A stretch of DNA of 64,000 bases, from contig JAKMXF010000365.1 in assembly GCA_024704765.1 (NCBI GenBank), positions 558,001 to 622,000 on the forward strand. Direction: 5' to 3'. The first letter of the stretch is position 1; each line of letters opens with the position of its first letter. The notes under the pieces were generated by a model. It searched no databases, had not been told where the DNA came from, and saw only the letters and a list, made by a program, of their open reading frames with translations. The translations under genes and the position numbers were made by a program. Source of the stretch: Oopsacas minuta (taxonomy: Eukaryota; Animalia; Porifera). Positions 48,707 through 59,100 of the stretch are shown here, in pieces.

Positions 48707-50154
48707 TATTATTTTATTGAATAAATAATTAATTTGCTATTCTTATTACTTTCTAAACCAATCATTATAGTTACATTTGATTAACATAAATATATTTGTG
48801 AATTGTACATGTATAAGTACATGGGCTAAATACGATCTAAATAATGATTCCATTACCATTTGACATTAATCGGCACAACAAACAACAAACTGATAAACAT
48901 AAATGTATTATAATGAAACTAGATGTATACAATACTGGAATTGACATTATGTGGTGATGTTTATGCGGCCTATAATACAACAATAAACCTATCTCAGTCA
49001 TTTTTAAACTAAACTGTTCCTCGAGTCGTTCCTTAGGAATACTTTTAGTCACGCTTCACTTCATTCACTATACTATAGCAAATGTGAGTCGAAAATGATT
49101 ATATATCATTTTCAGGTGAGCCTGATATAAATATTTACTGAATTGCGTCAACTGACAAGAATCTTACCAGATTCCAGAACCTTTTTCTGCTATCAAAATG
49201 ATTGTGCTTAGTTCAACCTTGTAGCTAGAATGCATATTATACATGGACTAATGATCTTATTCCGAAATGAGATGCTATCTGTCCCATGGAATTAATTATT
49301 TGTTTCAGTTCATTATCATATTTATTTTTTCCAAATACTGTTGTATTTTTTGCGTATAATACAGTTAGGACTAAATTCTTAGTTTCTATGTATACATTTG
49401 GTATGATTTGATAATCTATAAATTAGAATGCTCCGTATACTTGATATTGAAACTACACGTGCTTCATTTGGTAACAAGTTAATATACTTTGCATACGATT
49501 GGACTATTCAATTATCATATGACAATCACTCGCCTCTCTCCATGCTCCACAGATGGCTCTACTATCCTCTACTAAAATATGAGTGCATCTTCCATACAAA
49601 ATATCCTTAAAAGATGCGAGCTTCGCTCTAAATAATATATAAAATCATACCATACAAGTTATAAATAAATTCATCATTGTAATCTTGAAATTTGTATTTT
49701 CTTCTTACAGCTGACCAATGGACGGGATGAACGCAGTTAAGGTTTAGCGTTTGCTTACCAGCGTCATGACCTACCCGCTACACAAGTGTTAATGTAATTT
49801 AAGTTCAGATTGCTTCGCCATTATTTGAATAGAGACCAAATATAATGTCAAAACTTAAAGGGATACAAATATTGGTATTGTTTTTATTCACGTGTACTAC
49901 TCGTGGTGATAATTACATCCATGTTTATGTTGTAATACTCACAATGTTGATATTATATTTATAAAAAATGGCATGGCCTGGTCGATCATGCTTTTGTCCT
50001 GCATTGCTATAGTGTTATTCTATAATAAGCACTTCTTCATTATATTTACAGGGTGATTCTCGTGAGTTCGAATTAGAACTAACCTTATTAAAACTTCACT
50101 TTTTTTTACAAAAACTGACCTTGCAGTCAAAGCATTTTAAGGTGAATTTATCCA

Positions 50155-50235
50155 TACGATTAACTCCAGTTATATCGAAGCTATAGAGACTGCGATAATT
50201 ACTTCGATACTAGAGAACTCGAGTTTGATATAACC
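50155..50235. mobile_element. Possible fragment of the pogo-type MITE family
   Basis: gttatatcgaag and cttcgat motifs like those in the other two MITEs; TIRs not clear. Confidence 0.3.
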
Positions 50236-50265
50236 AATTGAATTTTGTGAAATAGTAATATTTAA

Positions 50266-52059
50266 ATGCAGACGGAATTGTCCCTGAGGATGCTTGGACC
50301 AATCAGTGCTCCTAGAGACCCTAATTATGAGCCAATAAAGGAAGGATTGAAACTTCTCAACACTAACATAGAGACAGAATCTGTAGATTGTTATTTCAAT
50401 CAGCTCTCATATGATCCTTATACATTTGATGATTTATGGTTTCTAGAGTCTTCTTATAAAATAATCAGTTTTCTTGAAGATCCTTATCCCGCATTTAGTA
50501 ATTGGTACCAGGAAATAGATTTCAATCAGAGGAGGGAAATATTGCAGTTCTCTCTTCGTGTATTTCTTTTCCAACCGATTCTTCAGCAACTTTTAGACAT
50601 GTGTAGTTTCTTCGGAGCAAATCTCTGTTTTTCTAACTGCAGACCAATGGTGTATATTGTGTTATACAAGTTCATTGAGCAGAAGTTTAACTACCGGCCA
50701 AAACTATCAAATCCATCTCACAGTATTTCTAAAATCTGTCATATAATACAAAAGTGTCGTGTACGGCTAAATGCAGAGTTAGCTAAACTTCGTGTAGAAG
50801 AGGGTGCAACTACATTGCTTCATCTATTGAGTGAGGAAAGTAGACAACGACTAGATACTCAATCTAACACTGTATTATACCTCCGTACAACTAAACTGTT
50901 CACAGAGACATTGGAGTCCTGTCCAGAGTGTTCTATTATGGACATATTATATAGATTTGGATTAGTGGGAGCTGCAAGCATTGAAGAGCTCCTTGACGTA
51001 TCGGCTACATCTCGGAAGTTAAAGTATAAAATAATTAACAATGACTTGGTTGCGGTATCAGTCAACTCATTCTCCTACTTTGCTCAGCACTCACTCACTA
51101 AACAGGGCTACTTACAACTTGTAGACATATCAACATACAACCTGATCACTTACGCTAGTCGTGATATCAACCCATCTGAGGATGTTGTACTAACACATTA
51201 TGGGAGTGGTGCAGAGTGCATTCAACTGAGTGAGTGTCTAATTGAAGATGCTACCCTACATGTTTTCAGCACTGATGATATACCTTCTGCAACAAATATA
51301 CTAGCTCAATATCAAATTAATAATGTAGTATTATGTCGAGAATCCTTTGGGGAAAATAATGAAATAAAAGCTTCTATTTCCAACGTAAAAACAATATTAT
51401 GCTTCCCTCCCAATTCTCGTGAATCTGTAAAATCAAAACTGCTTCATGCTCTGACAGATGTGACTTGTCTGCCAGCTTTATTCCATACTTGCCAACTTGA
51501 CATTGTTGATATTATAACCGAACAGAAACGTATTGTCGCTTATTCCCTACAAATGAAATCAGTTGATAATGTATATTACTTTGTACACTCCACTAAACCA
51601 ATTGAAACTTGCGAGACTGTTACAACAGAACTGGATTCTCACAGAGAAAACGCAAACTCACTCAAGCAGAGAATATTCAATATCAAACCTGTAATCCATG
51701 GTTCTTTCTGTCCTGCTTCAGATGGTTTCCTAACTGTTGCAGGCTCTGTTGAACATAGCGGCTATTTTGCTGCCTCTCTTGTCCGTAGACCCCCGCCTCC
51801 CGCACCTAAACCAATGGAAATTATTGAAAAAGCTGTTTATGATGGGGTAATACAATTGTGCGATACAGACGTAGAGTATATTCGTCCTAAGAAAACAGGG
51901 AAGGTGAAGAAACATCCTAAAATCAAACCTCTATTCTCTACATCAACTCCAAGTGAAATCATTCCAATGACATTCACTAGCAGACAGAAGGTAACTGCAA
52001 AACATTTATTTACTACTAATTTGAATACTAAACCATTGCATTGGAGACCTTTCCGTTAA
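50266..52059 (+). CDS. NSUN7: NSUN7-like (NOL1/NOP2/Sun family) protein, intronless
   Basis: KCRVRLNAELAKLRV helix, Rossmann-like core, GYFAASLVR and I.EKAV..G C-terminal pattern resemble NSUN7; divergent. Confidence 0.65.
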   Translation: MQTELSLRMLGPISAPRDPNYEPIKEGLKLLNTNIETESVDCYFNQLSYDPYTFDDLWFLESSYKIISFLEDPYPAFSNWYQEIDFNQRREILQFSLRVFLFQPILQQLLDMCSFFGANLCFSNCRPMVYIVLYKFIEQKFNYRPKLSNPSHSISKICHIIQKCRVRLNAELAKLRVEEGATTLLHLLSEESRQRLDTQSNTVLYLRTTKLFTETLESCPECSIMDILYRFGLVGAASIEELLDVSATSRKLKYKIINNDLVAVSVNSFSYFAQHSLTKQGYLQLVDISTYNLITYASRDINPSEDVVLTHYGSGAECIQLSECLIEDATLHVFSTDDIPSATNILAQYQINNVVLCRESFGENNEIKASISNVKTILCFPPNSRESVKSKLLHALTDVTCLPALFHTCQLDIVDIITEQKRIVAYSLQMKSVDNVYYFVHSTKPIETCETVTTELDSHRENANSLKQRIFNIKPVIHGSFCPASDGFLTVAGSVEHSGYFAASLVRRPPPPAPKPMEIIEKAVYDGVIQLCDTDVEYIRPKKTGKVKKHPKIKPLFSTSTPSEIIPMTFTSRQKVTAKHLFTTNLNTKPLHWRPFR

Positions 52060-52707
52060 CTTTCCTCTTTTTAAAGTTTTACAGACAACATTAGTATTAC
52101 ATCATAACAAATACATTATTACTATGTACTTATCTCTGTTGCTTCATATTATATGCGAACTTGTTGTTTGAATTATTTGCACGTTTAATGGGACTTTGTT
52201 TGCTAATTAAGAAACGTACGTATTTAACAGTGCTTTTGTACTTTCAGTAACATATTAGACATATAGCTTTCACGTCATCTGTCAATATGTTGCTGACATT
52301 CTCAACTACTTCTTCACTTCTCTTACTCATTATCACACTTACAAGTGAGTAGATAATATTAGTATTACTAAACAGTTTGCATTTTTCATTTATATTCTAA
52401 TGCTAGAGTCTCTGTACAATCCTATTTTCAACTTAGCATATTACGATTGTTGCGTGCAATAGTTGCATCGTGTATACTGTATATGGGTGGGTTGAGATAA
52501 TCTTGAAATATGATAAATTATATAATTATGTTAATGATATTCACTTTAGCTCATTGCTACATTCTTTTGAGTTTTATTGGATTCTCCATTGTTAATTCCT
52601 ATATAAATCTACTACTATACATTATATTGCAACCATCACTTGAATATTGTTCATAGCATTCGCTATATACTGCCCGTTGTTTCCCAGCAATTGACTGCCC
52701 TATTATT

Positions 52708-54480
52708 ATGCCAACTCACGAGATATTCGACCTGGCTGTTTTCCAGGATCGCATCATCCTTGGTTCAAAACAGAGTTACATTTCTGGTGAGAAGATAGCC
52801 CTCCTCGAGATATCGCGGCCTACATGCGAATTCATTGTACGTCATGATGTGATGCCTTTATCTGGTTATGAGCGTTATATTACAATGTGTTACGGTATAT
52901 TCGGTGTAATCAACTTATTGGCCGGTCCCTATCTGATCATCATAACAGGACGTGACCTTGTTGGTGACGTCCATAACCATCAAATATGGCGAATCACTAC
53001 CCACGAGATAATCCCTGTATTCCATTCTGCACGTAGTCTAAGCTCCAAACAATCAGAATTCAATTCTCGTTATTTATCAATGGTTCGAAATGTCCTATCT
53101 AGTCCTGGTTTCTACTATTCCCCAAGTCTAGACATTACACATTCTATTCAGCGTGTCTATTGCTTTCCTCGTGGGTCTTCCTCCCTGTCTCTATTTGCCA
53201 GAGCAGATGCACGCTTTCTTTGGAATCATTTTCTACTCAAAGATCTTAGTGAAGTAGAAGGAGCTGATGACTTCTGCATTCCTATCATCCTTGGATTCGT
53301 TGCTATAAAGCAGTGTCATATAAAATCTCGCTCATTCAAATTGATGCTTATTTCTCGTAGAAGCTCACAGAGAGTTGGTGTGCGTTATTATACTAGAGGA
53401 TTGGATGGAGAAGGTAATGCTGCTAACTATGTCGAGACAGAACAGATTTTATTGCTTGAGACAATCCAGTCCTCATTTGTACAGACAAGAGGTTCTGTTC
53501 CCCTCCTTTGGTCACAAGCTCCCAATCTTAGGTACAAACCTAGTCCAGTTCTCGGTCTCGACAATCAAACAGTTGGATTTAGTAAACATTTCGCTGAACA
53601 GATTAGTACATACAATCAACAACATGTCATTAATTTGCTTGATAATAAAGGCTATGAGAAGATGCTGAGCGATAATTACAAAATGCAGGTTGATGACTGT
53701 GGGCTAGCAATATCCTACATTCATTTTGACTTCCATAAAGAGTGTTCTAAACTTAGATGGCATAACCTGTACAAACTGATGGATATGTTAGAGCGTAAGC
53801 AGGAAGAGATGGGATACTTCTTCCAAGCTGGTAATTCCACTAATGCTACATTACAGCATGGAACATTCCGCACTAACTGCATTGACTGTCTAGACAGGAC
53901 TAATGTAGTACAGTCAATGCTTGCGCGCAGATCTTTGCTAACAGTTCTTCATTCTGTTAATGTTCTGCAAGAAGGAGAACGGTTAGATCTTCATCCTGAG
54001 TTTGAATTTGTATTCAAAAACATGTGGGCTGATCATGCTGATGTATTAGCCATACAGTATACAGGAACTAAGGCACTAAAGACAGATTACACCCGTACTG
54101 GTAAGCGAAGCCTCCCTGGAATGCTAAGAGATGGATACAACTCGTGTATACGTTATGTGTATAATAATTTCAATGACGGATTTAGACAAGATTCTCTCGA
54201 CCTTTTTGTTGGTAATTATCAAGTCAGACCAGCTGAGGGCAGTGTGAGCAATCCCTCTCCATTTGATACCAAACTGAGTTACACCCAAATACTAGCTCCT
54301 ACCTCCTTAATCATATTATCTTCTCTCCTATTTATCACACTTATCCTCCCTTCTACCAACACATCTCTACAATTAGCATATGTATTATTCTGGGGCCTAG
54401 GTGTATCTGTATCACTTCTATACATTCTCAGTAATGGCAAGCAGTTTGTTAACAAACCTGTACTCTATAGGAAGGACTAA
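52708..54480 (+). CDS. SACM1L: Phosphatidylinositide phosphatase SAC1, intronless
   Basis: GNAANYVETEQ, SFVQTRGSVPL.W.Q, FDFHKEC, catalytic RTNCIDCLDRTNVVQ, WADHAD, RQDSLDLF and two C-terminal TMs. Confidence 0.97.
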   Translation: MPTHEIFDLAVFQDRIILGSKQSYISGEKIALLEISRPTCEFIVRHDVMPLSGYERYITMCYGIFGVINLLAGPYLIIITGRDLVGDVHNHQIWRITTHEIIPVFHSARSLSSKQSEFNSRYLSMVRNVLSSPGFYYSPSLDITHSIQRVYCFPRGSSSLSLFARADARFLWNHFLLKDLSEVEGADDFCIPIILGFVAIKQCHIKSRSFKLMLISRRSSQRVGVRYYTRGLDGEGNAANYVETEQILLLETIQSSFVQTRGSVPLLWSQAPNLRYKPSPVLGLDNQTVGFSKHFAEQISTYNQQHVINLLDNKGYEKMLSDNYKMQVDDCGLAISYIHFDFHKECSKLRWHNLYKLMDMLERKQEEMGYFFQAGNSTNATLQHGTFRTNCIDCLDRTNVVQSMLARRSLLTVLHSVNVLQEGERLDLHPEFEFVFKNMWADHADVLAIQYTGTKALKTDYTRTGKRSLPGMLRDGYNSCIRYVYNNFNDGFRQDSLDLFVGNYQVRPAEGSVSNPSPFDTKLSYTQILAPTSLIILSSLLFITLILPSTNTSLQLAYVLFWGLGVSVSLLYILSNGKQFVNKPVLYRKD

Positions 54481-54623
54481 TAACTTGGGAAGTTAGGTTT
54501 AGATTTGCTTTCAAGTACTATATGGATTATTTATTATATGTTTATTTGTTAGTTTATACCATCAATATCGTATGTACATAAATGGATGTGTTACAATATG
54601 TTACCTCATCGGATTAATCATAT

Positions 54624-54813
54624 GTAAATTTATTGTTGTTGTTATGAATATAAAGTAAACAAATTTGCCAAATTTCAAAATATACGCACAGGCTTGCTCT
54701 AAACAGCTACACAGGGGTAACTAAGTCGTTAAATCCGAATTTCGCATTTTCAAGTTTCTCGTACGTAAATTTATTGTTGTTTTTATGGATATAAAGTAAA
54801 CAAATTTCAAAAT
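54624..54813 (+). repeat. Imperfect direct repeat of ~45-55 bp (54624-54681 and 54765-54813)
   Basis: gtaaatttattgttgtt(g/t)ttatg(a/g)atataaagtaaacaaattt occurs twice. Confidence 0.8.
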
Positions 54814-54868
54814 TGAGGTAGAATCATACTTTCAACGACTATGCTGAGTCTGAATATTGTAAACAACA

Positions 54869-55542
54869 ATATTATTAAATCTCGATTGTTGTTTGTCTGG
54901 GGCCTTATTAACTAAAATTCTTAAGTCAAATTCTTAGAATTTTGCTTAACTTTAAGTCAAATTCTTAGAATAATTCTAAGAAAAATATTTAGTGAGGTAA
55001 AGAGGACACTTAACTTATAATTTATTCTACTTTTCTATGAAATGATAATCAATACGCATTTAATAATAAAGAAGATTGTTTATCGCTTAAGACAATATGT
55101 TTGATTATCATATCTACATGTTGTAATACCCGCTATTGGGTGGGGCAATTTATCTCATTAATGATAAATGAAGTACACAAGTAGAAGGATATTATTTTCT
55201 ACTATGCGCATATCTTCTCAAAAAGCGATTGAAGTCGAATGAATTGGCATAAATTTTATTAATCAATAGCAAGAATCAATCAAGTAGAATTACCCAATTC
55301 TAAGAATTTTTCTTAGAATTGCTTAATTCTAAGAATCCGTTAAGTATAGCCAAGTTAAGAATTCTTAACGAAAACTAAGAATATTTCATGAATTCTTAGA
55401 ATTATTCTTAGAAATACACTTAGAATTAAGTTAAGAATAATTCTTAGAATTTTAGTTAATAAGGCCCCTGTTTGTTTGTCCGTTGAATACCTCGAGGCGT
55501 AATGCGCCGAATTCATCGCGTAGCGACGAGCCAAAGGCTCGT
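54869..55542 (+). mobile_element. Second copy of the 13310-13415 repeat, split by a MITE insertion (54869-54899 + 55468-55542)
   Basis: Both flanks of the MITE align contiguously to the reverse complement of 13310-13412 (1 mismatch in 28 nt on the left, 8 in 72 nt on the right). Confidence 0.85.
54900..55467. mobile_element. PIF/Harbinger-type MITE, 568 bp, 22-bp perfect TIRs, 3-bp CTG target-site duplication
   Basis: gggccttattaactaaaattct ... agaattttagttaataaggccc flanked by CTG on both sides; the empty site with a single CTG is seen at 13382-13384; many internal AATTCTTAG subrepeats. Confidence 0.88.
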
Positions 55543-55592
55543 ATTAATAATATTAATACTTTAGTGTGTAATAAGTATAGATAAATTGCTAT

Positions 55593-55634
55593 TAAGCTCA
55601 AATTTGATGCTATTAGACATCAAATTTGAGCTTA
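55593..55634. repeat. Perfect 17-bp inverted repeat with 8-nt loop
   Basis: taagctcaaatttgatg / catcaaatttgagctta. Confidence 0.85.
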
Positions 55635-56123
55635 CATCTTATGCCAACTAACACTTTGCTTCAATGAATAATCAACAGGAAATGATTTATCATACTTATC
55701 CAGTAATTTTGCATCATCATGTGATACAAGATACGCGTTATATTTTTCCGATTTTCCTATTTTTATTTCATTTAAAGTAATCACAAATCACTTGAATGAT
55801 CACACACACTGACTGAAGCACACTTTCTGGGTTTTGATATAACTTCGACACGTACTGATTCAGACAAATTAAATGCCTCTTTATGAACCACAGAAATGCA
55901 ATGTAATTTCTCTTAATTTTCACACAGTTTTAGGTTGCATATTTCTGTACCATGACAGATCTAAGTCAGGTTAGCGTACTAATCCTGCAAAGTTGGCCCA
56001 TAATACGTTACTGCTTTTTTACAGTTTGAATTTTACTCAACTCAACGGTATATGCTCGGAACAAAATTACAAAATTGTAGGTTCTTTTACCCAAAATTTA
56101 TTGTTATAACAAACTTACTCTAG

Positions 56124-59100
56124 TGCTGAGTTCGATAAGGACAGAGACCAACTTATGTTTCTTCAAAGATTCAAATGCTACTTCAGGATGTGAGTTGAAT
56201 AATTCATGTCTCCATATCGATTCTTGTCAGGTGGGACTCCCTGATAACCAGCAGGAACAATCAGAACACACTCATTGCTTTTTGTATTATCTTCTAAATG
56301 GTCCAAATAACTCACCCCTACCCTTAGCAAGAGGTCCGTTTTATCATAACTACAACCGGTTTAACTATTTATATAATCTTTCCGTATTAGGATGCTTTGA
56401 TCATAAAGGCTGTGATGATAATGTTTGTTACAGAAGAGCACCTTCTGAGTCAATTCCATACCCACAACTCTACTGCTGTTGTAAGGGAAATCTCTGTAAT
56501 AGTGAGAACCTCGTGAATAGGAGCAGGATTATAGACAGGAGTACACCCGAGCCCTCAACAGATCCATCCTCACCCACAGGTTGTAGTTAATTAATTAGTT
56601 ATGATAATATTGATGTTTCATTTAATGAATTGTGAATACAGTTATAGTGATTTAGTAATGCTATGAGTAATTCTCTACATCTCGATAATTTCATCTAATC
56701 ATCCCATTTGATAGTATTTATTTATTTATCAGGAAACCGTTTACACTTATTAATTACATTCTTGTGGGAATAATCAAAGTCTGTTCCTACATCAAATCTA
56801 AATCCTTCGTCTCGTATGAGTTTCCAAATTGAAATTGAAATACAATACAACATTATATATTTTCCAAATAATGACTAGACATTAAATTTAGCTTCTATTT
56901 CTATTTGGTAAACGTAGTAGCAATGTCGTATATGAATTTGCAAAATGCTAGCAGATAATGATTTTTATCAGTGTTCCGCAACCTTTTTGCACCTTAAGGC
57001 CAAATTTTGTATCCCATAGGTGTTCCGTCCGCAAAAATTTCCAAAATTCATGAATTTATGGCTGATTTAGATGACTTATCAAATCCCAAAAATATCATGA
57101 TAATTCAAAAAGGCTAGATTCAACCTACAAATATATACAGCAACTCTCGTTATAACTTACTCTTATACCGCGTAGTACTTTAGTACGGTACAGTATGGAA
57201 AATCGGTGCACTGTATTTACGTACAATACGACGTACCAGGTTACTATGTAGTATGATTTATTTCCCAGAAACCTCTGTTGCATTTCGTTATGTGCGGAAT
57301 TTCTTTTAACTTGTAAGCTGAGTAAAAAAAGTTCAATTGTTGATACCAAATTCAGATTTTCATATCTACAACCGTCCAGGCCTATTGTCCATTTCATCAA
57401 TATATTTAGGCGTCTAGGTATGCATTTCATTTGTCCAGGGATGGCATTCTTGTATAACTATTACATTTCACGTTCATAACCCTCAAGGCCTCCCACTAAC
57501 TCTATCAGGTGGAGCCTTCATGATATATTAATAATAACGTAGTTATTTCATTTAGGTCAATAGAATTTACGCAATCTTTCAGTAAATAGGATAAAGTACA
57601 AAATACATATTGTCTTTGAAGATATTTGTCGGCCAGTAAATGGAGGGTTGCGGAACACTGTTTTACATAGTTCATTTTAGAATCCTATTATATGATAAAT
57701 AATTTAGGGACAGATGAGCCAGATCCGATTAAGATTTCTTATCAAAACACTCTTGCTACTGCCATCCTTGTCTTAATGCCCATTATCTACTTAATTCTGT
57801 TTATCTTGTCTGTTATATCAATCATTCTGTTCTGTTGCTGGAACGCATTGAAAGGCAGGAGGAAGAAATTTGGTATAAAAATGCAAAAGTTTAAAGAAAA
57901 TAAAGAAGAGTTGGGGAATAGTCCGGGTCCTATTAAGTTGGGAGAGAAGATTGGTACTGGAAAATATGCTCAGGTGAATTTTGTCAATGCTTAGTTTCAT
58001 GGTTATACATTTGCTATATGTATATATGACCTCATTATTAATAAATAGGTTTATAAAGCAGCATATGGAGATTCTCCTGTAGCTGTTAAGATATTCCAAG
58101 CTGGACACCAGGAATTTGAGAATTGGACAAGAGAGAAGGATCTTTATCAAACTCCTGGTCTTCTGGAGCATGAAAATCTTCTCAAGTTTATTTCAGCTGA
58201 GATTGGACCATCTAATGTATGTTATTTTTCTGATCCTACAGGCCGGTCATATTTCCACTAAACAGGAAAATTCTAATTTTTGTGAATATACACATATCCT
58301 ATATATCTCTTTATTATTTATTTTGTATTAGGATTATTGGCTAGTGACAGAGTATCATCCTTATGGAGCTTTAATGGATTATTTAAAAGAAAATACTCTT
58401 AACACTACAGTAAGTTTATAACTATAAATTGATAAATAATTACAAAAATTAGGAGAATGTAATTGAATTAACAAATTTTATTTACATGACAAATTACTTA
58501 TCGTCACCAGTAGATTGTAAAGTAATCAAGAAGGATTATAGTACTGATTCGCTGAGATCCAATCTTGGCACGGACTAGTCCCACAACTTCTCATATGTCT
58601 TCTGACCAAAAATATTTGTCACTATCGAACGTTCCAATCATGCACTATGGTTTCCTAGATACACTTCCGTTTTAGTGCTTACAATACAGTTTTATTTGTC
58701 TATTATCTATTTTAATGACATATCGCCATTACTAACAATTTCCATAATTTTCCCAATTATTAACTTTACTTAATACTGTTTCAATTTTATTTCTTCCCAT
58801 ATAACTTTGCCGTATAAAATTATTATTTTTATTATTTTCTAAAATTTCTTGTACGAATTGACATGAGTGACCAAAAATAAAATTTTTGACCACTAACTTT
58901 TTCATCATCTACTGGAGCTTAGGAAAATTACTGCAAAGGCTCTACCCCTTCTGGATAATATATTTTCGTTCAATAGCATATCTACCTACTTCAACTATTC
59001 TAGCTACAAATTCCCTTTTCTATGTATTGGGATTTGAATATAATTAATAATGACAGCATTCCTCAAAAAATTGGGCTAAATTCTTATTGCCCCAATTTCC

